DNA of 64,000 bases from NCBI GenBank assembly GCA_913043225.1, contig CAJWLU010000003.1, positions 96,001 to 160,000 on the forward strand, read 5' to 3'. Positions 9,752 to 19,443 of this stretch are shown piece by piece. The translations under genes and the position numbers were made by a program. How positions within the stretch are numbered: position 1 is the stretch's first letter; every line of letters starts with the position of its first letter. This DNA comes from an uncultured Acidobacteriota bacterium (lineage in GTDB: Bacteria; Acidobacteriota; Vicinamibacteria; Vicinamibacterales; UBA8438). The notes below the pieces were generated by a model, which searched no databases, was not told the origin of the DNA, and was given only the letters and a program-made list of their open reading frames with translations.

Positions 9752-11659
9752 TCATCCCCCCAGCTCGGCCTTCATCTCCCGCCAGGCTTGGCGTGCTTCT
9801 TCGACCGACCCCTCGTCCTCGATCGTTGTGATGTCACCCGGATCCGTGTCTAGGGTGACTGCTCGGAGCACGCGGCGCATGATCTTGCCGCTTCTGGTCT
9901 TTGGCAGCATCGACACGAAGTTGAGCTCTCCCACGACCGCGACTGGCCCGAGCTCCCGGCGCAGGGTGGCCACGACCTCGTCGCGAAGCGCATCGGACCC
10001 GGTCTGTCCCTGCTTGAGCAGGACGAAGGCCGAGATCACTTCTCCGCGGGTCTCGTCGGGGCGGCCGATCACGCCGCACTCAGCAACCGCTGGATGCTTG
10101 AGGCAGGCGCTCTCCACCTCGATGGTGCCGATGCGGTGTGCGGCGATCTTGATGATCTCGTCCGCTCGACCGCCAAACCAGACGTAGCCGTCTTCGTCGA
10201 CGCGGGCCGAATCGCCGCTGTAGTAGAACCCCGGGATCTTGTTCCAGTAGTCGTCTCCGTACCGCTCCGGTTCGCCCCAGAGTGAGGCGACTAGCCCCGG
10301 GAACGGCCGCCGGATGACCATGATGCCTTCTTGGTTCGGTTCGCACGGCGTGCCGTCTTGGTTGACAATCGCCGCATCGATGCCGGGTAGCGCCATGGTG
10401 GCTGAGCCTGGTTTGATAGGTAGCATGCCGAGCCCATAGGGATTGCCAAAGATCGGCCCGCTGGTTTCGGTCTGCCACATGTGGTCGATGACCGGGATAC
10501 GGCCCTGCAGGATCGTGTTCTGGAGCCAGTCCCAGGCGGGCGGATTCAGCACCTCACCCGCCGAGAAGATCCGGGCGACGCGACTGTGGTCGATCGTGCG
10601 CAGCGGATCGTCCCCGTAGCGCATGAGCGCGCGTACCGCCGTCGCCGAAGTGAAGATGCCGGTGGCGCCGATCTCCTCGACCACTGCACGCCAGATGCTG
10701 TCCGGTTCGGGGTAGTCGAGCGCACCCTCGAAGACGACTGTGGTGCAGCCGATGAGAAGCGGGGCGTAGACCATGTAGCTGTGGCCGACGATCCACCCGA
10801 TGTCGGAGGTAGCCCACCACACGTCGGCAGGGCTCATCCCAAAGCACCACTTGGCCATGCTGGCGATGTGCACCTGATAGCCGCCATGGACGTGCACCGC
10901 TAGCTTTGGCTTGGCGGTGGTCCCGGACGTGGCTAGTATGAACGCCGGTTCGTTCGCCTCCATCGATTCGTAGCCGTCGTCCTGTCCTTGGCCTCCGGTG
11001 ATGAACTGCGTCCACGATAGCTCGCGGTCGGAGTCCAGGGAGGGCGGGTCGGGTGATCGCTCCAGGACGACCACCCGTTCGACTGGGTGGCCCGGTGCGG
11101 CGAGCGCCTGGTCCACGATTGGCTTGAGCGGTACATCCTTGCCTTTGCGGTAGGTGACATCGGCGGTGAAGACCACCTTCGAACCGCTGGCGCTGATTCG
11201 ATCCGAGAGTGCCTGGGCGCCAAACCCGGCGAACACCACAGAGTGGATTGCCCCGATCCGGGCGCACGCTAGCATCAGGACCACCGCCTCGGGACAGGTG
11301 GGCATCGACAGCGTGACGCGGTCACCTTTGCCCACGCCCAGGCCCCTGAGCGCGGCGGCGACCTGCCGTATCTCGTGGTGGAGCTGGGAATAGGTCAACA
11401 CCACTCGGCCGCCGCGCTCGTCGAGCGAGACCAGGGCCGTGCGTCCTCCCTCTCCCGTGGCCACATGGCGGTCGACCGCGTTGTACGAAAGGTTCGTCCG
11501 GGCTCCGAGAAACCATCGAAACGATGGGGTGTCGGCCTGATAGACCTGATCCCAGGTCCTGAACCAGGGAAGTTCCCGCGCGGCACGTTCCCAGAAACCT
11601 TCGAGGTCTGAGAGACCGTCTTCACGCCATCGTCGAAAGGTCGGTGTCGTGAGTTGCAT
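9752..11659 (-). CDS. acs: Acetate--CoA ligase (acetyl-CoA synthetase family)
   Basis: ARIGAIHSVVFAGF, TSGTTAKPK P-loop, DIGWIVGHSY, DHMWQTETS, PKTRSGKIMRR. Confidence 0.9.
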   Translation of the reverse strand: MQLTTPTFRRWREDGLSDLEGFWERAARELPWFRTWDQVYQADTPSFRWFLGARTNLSYNAVDRHVATGEGGRTALVSLDERGGRVVLTYSQLHHEIRQVAAALRGLGVGKGDRVTLSMPTCPEAVVLMLACARIGAIHSVVFAGFGAQALSDRISASGSKVVFTADVTYRKGKDVPLKPIVDQALAAPGHPVERVVVLERSPDPPSLDSDRELSWTQFITGGQGQDDGYESMEANEPAFILATSGTTAKPKLAVHVHGGYQVHIASMAKWCFGMSPADVWWATSDIGWIVGHSYMVYAPLLIGCTTVVFEGALDYPEPDSIWRAVVEEIGATGIFTSATAVRALMRYGDDPLRTIDHSRVARIFSAGEVLNPPAWDWLQNTILQGRIPVIDHMWQTETSGPIFGNPYGLGMLPIKPGSATMALPGIDAAIVNQDGTPCEPNQEGIMVIRRPFPGLVASLWGEPERYGDDYWNKIPGFYYSGDSARVDEDGYVWFGGRADEIIKIAAHRIGTIEVESACLKHPAVAECGVIGRPDETRGEVISAFVLLKQGQTGSDALRDEVVATLRRELGPVAVVGELNFVSMLPKTRSGKIMRRVLRAVTLDTDPGDITTIEDEGSVEEARQAWREMKAELGG

Positions 11660-11714
11660 CGCTCGGAGTATACCCGCGGCGTCTTGCCATGGCGGGCCGG
11701 GATAGACTGACCGG

Positions 11715-12683
11715 ATGTCCCGCGAGTTGAGGGTCGGACTACACGCCGCGATCGTGGCGGTGACCGGCGAGCAGCCACGTGTGCTGACCGTGCCAGATCC
11801 GGCGGGGGATCTGCCGACCGCCCTGCCGTTCGGCCCGCTTGATCCGGATCAGCACCGCACCCTTGAGCTCGGCCTCCGCGCCTGGGTACAGGAGCAGACG
11901 GGTATGGAGCTTGCCTATGTCGAGCAGCTCTACACGTTCGGTGACCGCGATCGCGCGAGTTCGGATGCCGACGGCGCTAGGGTGCTGGCGGTGGCTTATC
12001 TGGCGCTGGTTCGGGAGCGTCAGCTGGCCGAGGAGCGGGGCGCTTGGGAGTCGGTCTACGCCGTGCTCCCATGGGAGGATCGCCGGGAAGGCGAGCCGAA
12101 CGTACTCCGTGACCATATCCGTCCGCGGCTGGGGGCCTGGGTGCGAGAGGGGGCGGATACAGCCACTCGCCGGTTGCGGCGCGGGCGGGTCGACATCACC
12201 TTCGGCAGCGACTCGGCCGGATGGGACAGCGAGCGTGTGCTCGACCGTTTCGAATTGCTCTACGAAGCGGGTCTGGTGGCCGAAGCGTACCGTGACCGGG
12301 CTGGTTCGACCCGCACACAGCCGGATCCCGGGTTTGACGAGCCGCTGGCGTTGGACCATCGGCGGATCCTGGCTACCGCGTTGGGCCGGCTCAGGGGAAA
12401 ACTGAAGTACCGGCCGCTGGTGTTCGAGTTGTTGCCCGAGACCTTCACCCTATTACGGCTACAGCGTACCGTGGAGGCGCTGGTCGGGGTCCGGCTGCAC
12501 AAGCAGAACTTTCGACGCTTGGTCGAACGTGGCCGTCTGGTTGAAGGTACGGGGCGGCTCGAGTCGGCGACTGGTGGACGACCGGCCGAGCTGTTCCGCT
12601 TTCGTCGAGAGGTACTGCACGAACGTCCCGCGCCCGGGGTCGGTCTGCCCGGCCTTCCACCCAAACGGTCGCGGCGCGCCTGA
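11715..12683 (+). CDS. nadQ: NadQ-type (Nudix-like + wHTH) NAD biosynthesis regulator
   Basis: LPFGPLDP..HRTLELGLRAWV, YVEQLYTFGDRDR, DHRRILATALGRLRGKLKYRPLVFEL, LHKQNFRR, TGGRPAELFRF; lies immediately upstream of nadABC. Confidence 0.85.
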   Translation: MSRELRVGLHAAIVAVTGEQPRVLTVPDPAGDLPTALPFGPLDPDQHRTLELGLRAWVQEQTGMELAYVEQLYTFGDRDRASSDADGARVLAVAYLALVRERQLAEERGAWESVYAVLPWEDRREGEPNVLRDHIRPRLGAWVREGADTATRRLRRGRVDITFGSDSAGWDSERVLDRFELLYEAGLVAEAYRDRAGSTRTQPDPGFDEPLALDHRRILATALGRLRGKLKYRPLVFELLPETFTLLRLQRTVEALVGVRLHKQNFRRLVERGRLVEGTGRLESATGGRPAELFRFRREVLHERPAPGVGLPGLPPKRSRRA

Positions 12684-12693
12684 TGCCGCAAAC

Positions 12694-12722
12694 TTGACAC
12701 GCCTTATACTCAGGTCTAGACT
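12694..12722 (+). promoter_or_regulatory. Sigma70-type promoter of nadABC
   Basis: TTGACA (12694-12699), 17-nt spacer, TAGACT (12717-12722), 40 nt upstream of the nadA ATG. Confidence 0.8.
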
Positions 12723-12753
12723 AATAGGTAGTAAATTCTCACTTTGAGCATAA
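12704..12753. promoter_or_regulatory. Tandem NadQ-type operator boxes
   Basis: TTATACTCAggtCTAGACTAA (12704-12724, left half matches) and AAATTCTCActtTGAGCATAA (12733-12753) resemble the 21-bp NadQ palindrome ttATRCTCAnnnTGAGYATaa. They overlap the promoter and leader. Confidence 0.75.
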
Positions 12754-12762
12754 TGAGGGCCA

Positions 12763-13794
12763 ATGTCATCCGTAATTCACACCGACGCCAAGCTCGAGTA
12801 CACGCCAGAGGTGGCGGCCGCGACCGCTGAGCTTTATGAGCGGGTGCGCGCGGTCGTGCCCGAAGTCGAGTGGCCCGTCCACGCGCCGTATGTCGATGCC
12901 ATCGAGCGTCTGAAGGCGGCGCGCGGCGCGGTCGTGCTTGCGCACAACTACCAGACGCCGGAAATCTTCCACGGGGTAGCTGATCTCGTCGGCGATTCGT
13001 TGGCACTCGCGAAGCAGGCGGCCGCGACCGACGCCGACGTCATCGTCATGTGCGGTGTGCACTTCATGGCCGAAACGGCCAAAATGCTCAGTCCGGACAA
13101 GACCGTACTGATCCCGGATCTCGAGGCCGGTTGCTCTTTGGCCGCGTCGATCACGGGCGCCGATGTACGACTCCTCCGCGAGCGGTATCCCGGAGTTCCG
13201 GTGGTGACCTACGTGAATACCTCGGTCGAGGTGAAGGCCGAGTCCGATATTTGCTGCACCTCGTCGAACGCGGTGGAGGTCGTCGAGTCGCTCGGTGCCG
13301 ACCGGGTGATCTTCCTGCCCGACGAGTATCTGGGTCGGTACGTGGCCGGCAAAACCGACGTCGAGGTTGTGCTCTGGCAGGGCCACTGTGAAGTACACGA
13401 ACGGTTCACCGCCGAGGATCTCCGGAGCTATCGGGATGCCTACCCCGGGGTGCAGATCTACGCGCATCCCGAGTGCCCGCCGGACGTACTGGCCGAGGCC
13501 GACTATGTGGGATCGACCTCGGGGCTGCTCCGCCATGTGGACGCTACCCGTCCAGACCGGGTCGTATTGGTCACGGAGTGTTCGATGAGTGACAACGTGG
13601 CCGTGGCGTACCCGGAGATCGAGTTCATTCGCCCCTGCAACCTCTGTCCCCACATGAAGCAGATCACGCTGCCAGGGATTTATGCGGCGCTGCGCGATCT
13701 CCAGCACGAAGTCCTTGTAGACCCCGCGGTCGCGGCCCGGGGGCGTACCGCCGTGGAGAGGATGCTCCGGGTCGGACGAGGTGCTGGCGGATGA
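12763..13794 (+). CDS. nadA: Quinolinate synthase
   Basis: [43 protein letters not shown]. Confidence 0.97.
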   Translation: MSSVIHTDAKLEYTPEVAAATAELYERVRAVVPEVEWPVHAPYVDAIERLKAARGAVVLAHNYQTPEIFHGVADLVGDSLALAKQAAATDADVIVMCGVHFMAETAKMLSPDKTVLIPDLEAGCSLAASITGADVRLLRERYPGVPVVTYVNTSVEVKAESDICCTSSNAVEVVESLGADRVIFLPDEYLGRYVAGKTDVEVVLWQGHCEVHERFTAEDLRSYRDAYPGVQIYAHPECPPDVLAEADYVGSTSGLLRHVDATRPDRVVLVTECSMSDNVAVAYPEIEFIRPCNLCPHMKQITLPGIYAALRDLQHEVLVDPAVAARGRTAVERMLRVGRGAGG

Positions 13795-15341
13795 GGAGTG
13801 GTCGCCTTGCGAGTCGCGTCGACCGGGTGACGACCCACGATGTGGCCGTGGTAGGAAGCGGCGTGGCCGGTTTGACGGTGGCGCTCGAGACGTCCGGTCT
13901 GGACGTGGCAGTCCTGACACCAGCCCGGCCCGGTGAGACTGGCTCGAGTCAGATGGCGCAGGGCGGTGTGGCGGCGGCAGTGGGGCCTGGAGATTCTCCC
14001 GCGTCACATGCCGCGGACACGTTGGCGGCCGCTGACGGCCACGCTAACCCGGCCCGCGTACGCATGTTGACCGAAGAGGGCCCGGCGCGGGTGGCAGCGC
14101 TGCTGGCGATCGGCGCTCGCTTGGACCTGGACCGGCGGGGCGGTCTCGCCCTGGGGCGCGAGGCGGCGCATAGTCACCCACGCATAGTTCACGCGAACGG
14201 CGACGCCACTGGTGCCGAGATCGTGCGCGCGCTCGGCGCGGAGGTCCGCGCGACAGAGCATGTCCGGTGTTATGAGCAGACCACCGCGCAGGAGATCGTC
14301 GTGCAGCAAGGACGGGCCGTCGGCGTGCTCGCGCTGGACGGTCAGGGTGCGCGGGTGCTGCATCTTGCGCGAGCCGTCGTGCTTGCCACTGGCGGCATCG
14401 GACAGCTCTATCGCCACACAACGAACCCGCCCGGTAACGTCGGCGACGGTCTGGCGATGGCGTCGAGGATCGGCGCTCGGCTCGAGGATCTCGAGTTCGT
14501 GCAGTTTCACCCGACGGCCCTGGCCGTCGGCGCCGACCCGATGCCGCTCCTAACCGAGGCGCTGCGGGGTGCCGGCGCCACGCTGATTGATGAGCAGGGA
14601 TACCCTCTAATGCGTGGCCAGCACCCGGCCGGCGACCTGGCCTCTCGCGATGTCGTGGCCCGTACGCTTTGGCAGCGGTTGGCAGACGGTGGGGGAGTAC
14701 GGCTCGATGCCCGCCCGATCGTGGACCGTGACCTCGAGAAGACGTTTCCCACCGCCGTGCGGCACTGCCGTGCGCATGGGTTCGATTTGACCCGTGACCC
14801 GGTGCCGGTGACCCCGGCCGCCCATTACCACATGGGAGGCATCGCCGTTGATGGCGATGGACGGACTACCGTGCCCGGGTTGTGGGCGTGTGGAGAGGTG
14901 AGCGCCGTGGGTGTCCACGGCGCCAACCGGTTGGCGAGCAATTCCCTTCTTGAGGGGCTGGTCTTTGGCGCTCGGGTGGGTCGCGACCTTGTGCGGACGA
15001 CGTCCGAGGTGCCTCCGATCAAGGTGGATGTCGTGTCTCGACGGGCAGATCCGCTCACCAGCCTGTCGTCTGACGAGGCGCTGACGATTCGTACCGAGGT
15101 GAGAGACATCATGTGGGAGCGGGTCGGATTGGTGCGAGACGCCGATGGGCTGCACGAGGCCCGTGCCGCACTTGCCGACGTCGCTGCCCGGCTGCCCGAC
15201 GGTTTGTCACCGTCCCGTCGCTTCGTCGATGTCGCCCGGCTGGTCACCGAAGCGGCCCTGGCGCGCCCAGAGAGTCGCGGTGCCCACTTCCGTCGCGACG
15301 GCTGGGCCGCTGGTTCGGTTCGGGAGGCGGGCCGCCGATGA
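13791..15341 (+). CDS. nadB: L-aspartate oxidase
   Basis: [58 protein letters not shown]. Confidence 0.96.
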   Translation: MRSGRLASRVDRVTTHDVAVVGSGVAGLTVALETSGLDVAVLTPARPGETGSSQMAQGGVAAAVGPGDSPASHAADTLAAADGHANPARVRMLTEEGPARVAALLAIGARLDLDRRGGLALGREAAHSHPRIVHANGDATGAEIVRALGAEVRATEHVRCYEQTTAQEIVVQQGRAVGVLALDGQGARVLHLARAVVLATGGIGQLYRHTTNPPGNVGDGLAMASRIGARLEDLEFVQFHPTALAVGADPMPLLTEALRGAGATLIDEQGYPLMRGQHPAGDLASRDVVARTLWQRLADGGGVRLDARPIVDRDLEKTFPTAVRHCRAHGFDLTRDPVPVTPAAHYHMGGIAVDGDGRTTVPGLWACGEVSAVGVHGANRLASNSLLEGLVFGARVGRDLVRTTSEVPPIKVDVVSRRADPLTSLSSDEALTIRTEVRDIMWERVGLVRDADGLHEARAALADVAARLPDGLSPSRRFVDVARLVTEAALARPESRGAHFRRDGWAAGSVREAGRR

Positions 15342-16225
15342 CACCCGATCCGCGTCGCCCACCTGCACCGCATCACTATGCCGAGCTCGTCCGTCGCGAG
15401 CTGGCTACCGACCTTGGCAGCGCTGGAGACGTGACCACCGACGTGACGGTGCCAGCGGGGACCCGGGGGACGGGGCGGTTCGTGGCCCGGCGCGAAGGGC
15501 GCGTCTGTGGTCTCGATGTCGCCCTGTCAGTGTTCGACGAGCTGCGCGGCGCGGTCCGCGACGCGGTGCACGTCGAGGTCCAGGCCGGCGATGGTGACGA
15601 CGTTGAGACCGGCGGCGTCATCGCCAGAGTGGAGGGATCTGCCCGGCTCCTCCTGTCGGGCGAACGCACGGCCCTGAATCTCCTCGGGCACCTGTCGGGT
15701 GTCGCCACGGTTACGCGCGATTTGGTTCGCCTGGTGGCCGACGCCGGTCCCGCCGTGGTGACATGCACGCGGAAGACCACGCCCGGGCTACGCGCGCTCG
15801 AGAAGTACGCGGTACGGGTTGGCGGCGGAGTCAATCATCGGTTCGGACTCCACGACGCCGTCCTCATTAAGGACAACCATCGAGAGATGGCAGGTGGTGT
15901 GGCGCCAGCGGTGGTAGCGGCTCGCGCCGCGCTGGGGCATCTCGTCAAGCTGGAAGCCGAGGTCGACACGTTGCCACAGCTTGCCGAGGCGCTTGACGCG
16001 GGAGTTGACGCGGTGTTGCTCGACAACATGACCGTCGAACAGTTGCGACAAGCCGTGGAGATGGCCCGTGGTCGCGCCACAACTGAGGCGTCTGGCGGTA
16101 TCACCAGCCAGAGCATCCAAGCGGTTGCGGCCACTGGTGTCGACGTGATCTCTGTGGGGTGGATCACTCACAGCGCGCCTGCGTTCGATGTGAGCCTCGA
16201 CTTAACGCTGTCGCCGCCATCGTAG
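15338..16225 (+). CDS. nadC: Nicotinate-nucleotide diphosphorylase (carboxylating)
   Basis: GDVTT, ERTALN, TRKTTPGLR, NHRFGL, LIKDNH, LLDNM, EASGG. ATG at 15338 overlaps the nadB stop. Confidence 0.96.
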   Translation: MTPDPRRPPAPHHYAELVRRELATDLGSAGDVTTDVTVPAGTRGTGRFVARREGRVCGLDVALSVFDELRGAVRDAVHVEVQAGDGDDVETGGVIARVEGSARLLLSGERTALNLLGHLSGVATVTRDLVRLVADAGPAVVTCTRKTTPGLRALEKYAVRVGGGVNHRFGLHDAVLIKDNHREMAGGVAPAVVAARAALGHLVKLEAEVDTLPQLAEALDAGVDAVLLDNMTVEQLRQAVEMARGRATTEASGGITSQSIQAVAATGVDVISVGWITHSAPAFDVSLDLTLSPPS

Positions 16226-16226
16226 G

Positions 16227-16310
16227 CGTGGCCGCGACGGCGACCAGACCTGGGAAGAGATGCACTACACCGGTATGAACTACAGCGTGGCTCGCGAGGC
16301 CGACGAGTAG
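16227..16310 (+). pseudogene. Orphan 3' end of a PHM-like monooxygenase gene
   Basis: Translates GDQTWEEMHYTGMNYSVAREADE*, matching the C-terminus of the 7607 protein (WGEQTDEEMFFTALSY). No 5' part is present. Confidence 0.7.
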
Positions 16311-16330
16311 GATCGCACTAGTACCCGTAG

Positions 16331-16383
16331 CCGTACACGGGAAAAGCCCCGGCCATCGCGACCGGGGCTCTTCCTGTGTACGG
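16331..16383. terminator. Long hairpin between convergent genes (bidirectional terminator or REP-like element)
   Basis: CCGTACACGGGAAAAGCCCCGG / CCGGGGCTCTTCCTGTGTACGG, 20 of 22 positions complementary. Confidence 0.7.
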
Positions 16384-16397
16384 GAGATCTGGTCGAG

Positions 16398-17840
16398 TTA
16401 TTGCTCGCCTTCGGTGGTTGCCCGAGCCGCCTCGCGTTCGGCGAGACGGCGCTCGTACTGCTCGTCGGTCATGAACGCGATGTCGGTCCAGCCGTGTCCC
16501 ATCTCATCCATCGTGCGGGCACCCCAGCCGATCCAGGCCGACGGGTCGGGATTGTGTCGATTGTTGGTGGTGTTGTCGTGCCACGACACCGTGTGGAGAA
16601 TGGTGCCCTTCGGGAACAGGTGCGGCTCAGCGTAGGGATAGACGATCTGCCAGGTCTGCTCGTAGTTGGTGACGTCGGTGAGAACCTCGCGCCGACCATC
16701 GAGATGGATCGCCTCGATCAGCATCCGTGAGCCGCGGAAATGCATGTGCGGCTGGAAGCTGAGGATGAGCGCAGCTTGGGGGAGCGGCCAGAACCGCTCG
16801 TGGCGGGCGACTGTGTTGGGCGGGATGCTCATCTGGGCCACGCCGTTCAGGGTGTTGTCGTCGATGAGGAGTCCGGTGGGCATCCGGTCGGCGTGTAGCG
16901 GCAGGTCAACGCCCGCGCGCAGCAGCCGGTCTTCGACCGCTTCCTGGTTCAGTTCCCAGTCGTGGCCGATGCCCGTCCGCAGGCGGTGCGCAGTTACGAT
17001 GAGCTCCGGCACCTCGCCTTTGGGGTAGAACTTGATACCCACCTTCTGGCGGTCAATCGTCTCCTCACCCCATGGGTGATAGTGCGGCGCGAAACGGAAG
17101 AGGCCGCCAGCGGGGAGCTTCCGACCCGTTCCCTGAGGGTAGTACTGTCCGGTGGATCCCATCGCGTATTCGATCAGATCGATTTCACGCGTGTTCGAGC
17201 CCATCCCGAGGCGATACTCGTCGCGGTCCTGGATGTCTTCTGGCACGCTGACATAGACGTGAGAGTGGTGTACGCAGCAGTACGCCTCAGGAATAATTTG
17301 GACCCACTTCACGTAACGGTCTTCGGTCAGGCCCGGGTCGACGATCTCCGAGGGGTAGAAGTCGGCGCCCTCAGCGGGAATGGCGAAGCCTTCCTGCATC
17401 TGGACGACGAGATCCGGCTCGCCGTAGGTCCACTCGTTGAGCTCATGGAACTCGAGGGGCGGCGGCGCATCGGCCGGATTGCCCCGCGCGGCACCGCCGG
17501 CGACCCAGTCGACGATCGTCTGGATCTCGTCATCGCTCAGCGACGGGTCGGCGACGTAGTCGCCGATGCTGCGGTCAAGGTGCCACGGGGGCATCTGTCT
17601 GGCGACGACACGGTCCCGGATCGAGCGCGCCCACGGGCGGGTTTCCTCATACGTCAGCAGCGACATAGGCGCGCCGGTGCCCGCCCGATGACATTGCTGA
17701 CAGGAGCGTTGCAGGAGTGGCAACACATCCCGCGTGAAGGTTGGGTCGGACGCGGTCTGCCCCTGGGCGGGCGAGGCCGGGACGAGCGCGGCGACGACGA
17801 GCAGGCTCAGGGTCGTGATACCTGCGGACACAACGCGCAT
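16398..17840 (-). CDS. Second heme-c-fused copper type II monooxygenase-domain protein
   Basis: Signal peptide; CQQCH...MPPW; CCVHHSH, PHYH, PHMHFRG, DEMG; paralog of 7607-8926. Confidence 0.8.
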   Translation of the reverse strand: MRVVSAGITTLSLLVVAALVPASPAQGQTASDPTFTRDVLPLLQRSCQQCHRAGTGAPMSLLTYEETRPWARSIRDRVVARQMPPWHLDRSIGDYVADPSLSDDEIQTIVDWVAGGAARGNPADAPPPLEFHELNEWTYGEPDLVVQMQEGFAIPAEGADFYPSEIVDPGLTEDRYVKWVQIIPEAYCCVHHSHVYVSVPEDIQDRDEYRLGMGSNTREIDLIEYAMGSTGQYYPQGTGRKLPAGGLFRFAPHYHPWGEETIDRQKVGIKFYPKGEVPELIVTAHRLRTGIGHDWELNQEAVEDRLLRAGVDLPLHADRMPTGLLIDDNTLNGVAQMSIPPNTVARHERFWPLPQAALILSFQPHMHFRGSRMLIEAIHLDGRREVLTDVTNYEQTWQIVYPYAEPHLFPKGTILHTVSWHDNTTNNRHNPDPSAWIGWGARTMDEMGHGWTDIAFMTDEQYERRLAEREAARATTEGEQ

Positions 17841-17956
17841 ACAATCCTCCAGAGGTTCGGTAGCCTGGCAAGTCTACCAGGATAGTCCACCGGCCAGGTT
17901 GTGAAGGTCCGGTCCCGCGTGATACACCGTGACCGCGGCAAACACGGGAGGACGTG

Positions 17957-18730
17957 ATGGATCTCTTCCGCACGTGGGTGAGACGTGCACTGGTTGGTGG
18001 GGTGGGGCTGATGGGGCCCCTCGCGACCGCAGGGTATGCGCAGCAAGAGCCGGTCTACCCGGTTTATGACGGCTTTCACGTGACCGAGGATGGGGTGTAC
18101 GTCCTGTCGTTCGCCTACTTCAGCCACAATTTCGAGCCCGTGTCGGTGTCCCCGGGGCCAGACAATCGCTTCCTCACGGGAGCCGAAGACCGCCAGCAAC
18201 CGACCCGGTTTCTACCAGGTCACAATCGCTACCAGTGCGTCATGGTGATGGACGCTGGCTTCGAGGGCGGTGTGCGCTGGCACCTCGAGCGCGCGGGCGT
18301 CGTTTCCTCTACCAGCGAGGACATGCTGCAATACAACTGGGAGCTGGAGTCCGGATCCGTGCGGCAGATCCTGCGTGACGTGGACGTGGCGGCTGCTCCC
18401 CGAGGCGTCTGTCTCAACCGGGCGCCCACCGTGAGGTTCCTCGGGTTGCGCAATGGTCCCGCCGGCGCTCCTCCCGAGGTCGCCGTCGAGGTTGGCGCCG
18501 AGCTGAAGCTGTTTGGCAGCGTTCGGGATGAGGGGTTGCCTAGAACCGGCGAGCTCAAGAGTCGCTGGAGCAAGCTCTCGGGACCAGGGGAGGTTGTCTT
18601 CAGCGCACCGAACGAGCCGCGTACGCTCGCGACCTTCGAAGCGGCTGGCAGCTACGAACTGGAACTCTGGGCGAGTGATGGCAAGCGCGAAGGTGCCAGT
18701 CGAGTTGTGGTGATAGCCACCACTGACTGA
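17957..18730 (+). CDS. Secreted hypothetical protein with C-terminal PKD/Ig-like domain
   Basis: GGAGG RBS; signal peptide; LSFAYFSHN, QPTRFLPG; C-terminal DEGLP..WSKLSGPGEVVF..ATFEAAGSYELELWASDG. Confidence 0.75.
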   Translation: MDLFRTWVRRALVGGVGLMGPLATAGYAQQEPVYPVYDGFHVTEDGVYVLSFAYFSHNFEPVSVSPGPDNRFLTGAEDRQQPTRFLPGHNRYQCVMVMDAGFEGGVRWHLERAGVVSSTSEDMLQYNWELESGSVRQILRDVDVAAAPRGVCLNRAPTVRFLGLRNGPAGAPPEVAVEVGAELKLFGSVRDEGLPRTGELKSRWSKLSGPGEVVFSAPNEPRTLATFEAAGSYELELWASDGKREGASRVVVIATTD

Positions 18731-18741
18731 GAGCGAAGCTG

Positions 18742-19395
18742 ATGCAGCTTATCTTCGAGCAGATCCGAACCGGGGGTGATCGCAACTTTGCCTACCTGCT
18801 CGGCGATCGGGATGCGGGCCGCGGTGTTGTCATCGACCCGTCCTACACCCCCAATGTCGTCTGTCAGCGCGCCACGGACCAGGGGCTGACCGTGACCCAC
18901 GTGGTCAACACTCATGGCCATCCCGACCATACCGAGGGCAATGAGACGGCGGTTGCCATCACCGGTGCGCCGGTAGCAGCACACCCAGACCTCCTGGGGG
19001 GGGTGGGTCACCCGCTGGCCGACGGCGATACGCTCGCGGTGGGCGCCTTCGGCCTCCGCTGTTTTCATGCGCCTGGCCACTGCCCGGACCACCTCGTGCT
19101 CTACGAGCCGTCGGCGAGGCTCCTCATCACCGGTGACCTGCTATTTGTAGGCAAGGTCGGGGGTACGAAGACCGAGGAGGATGCTCGGGTCGAATGGGAG
19201 AGCCTGCAGCATGTGCTCGATGTCGTGCCGGATGATGCGACCGTCTGGCCCGGGCACGATTACGGCGCCCGACCCAGTTCCACCATCGCGCTCGAACGCT
19301 TGAGTAACCCGTTCCTGTGCTGCAGGAGCGTCGACGAGTTTCTCGACTTGCGCACCGAGTGGCGCGACTACAAGCGGCGTCTCGGACTGAGGTAA
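18742..19395 (+). CDS. MBL-fold metallohydrolase (glyoxalase II/ETHE1-like)
   Basis: THGHPDH, PGHCPDH, TGDLLF, WPGHDY. Confidence 0.9.
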   Translation: MQLIFEQIRTGGDRNFAYLLGDRDAGRGVVIDPSYTPNVVCQRATDQGLTVTHVVNTHGHPDHTEGNETAVAITGAPVAAHPDLLGGVGHPLADGDTLAVGAFGLRCFHAPGHCPDHLVLYEPSARLLITGDLLFVGKVGGTKTEEDARVEWESLQHVLDVVPDDATVWPGHDYGARPSSTIALERLSNPFLCCRSVDEFLDLRTEWRDYKRRLGLR

Positions 19396-19443
19396 GCCGT
19401 GGTCGCCGACCACGGCGACGTTCCCGTCATCATCGGCGGCTCC

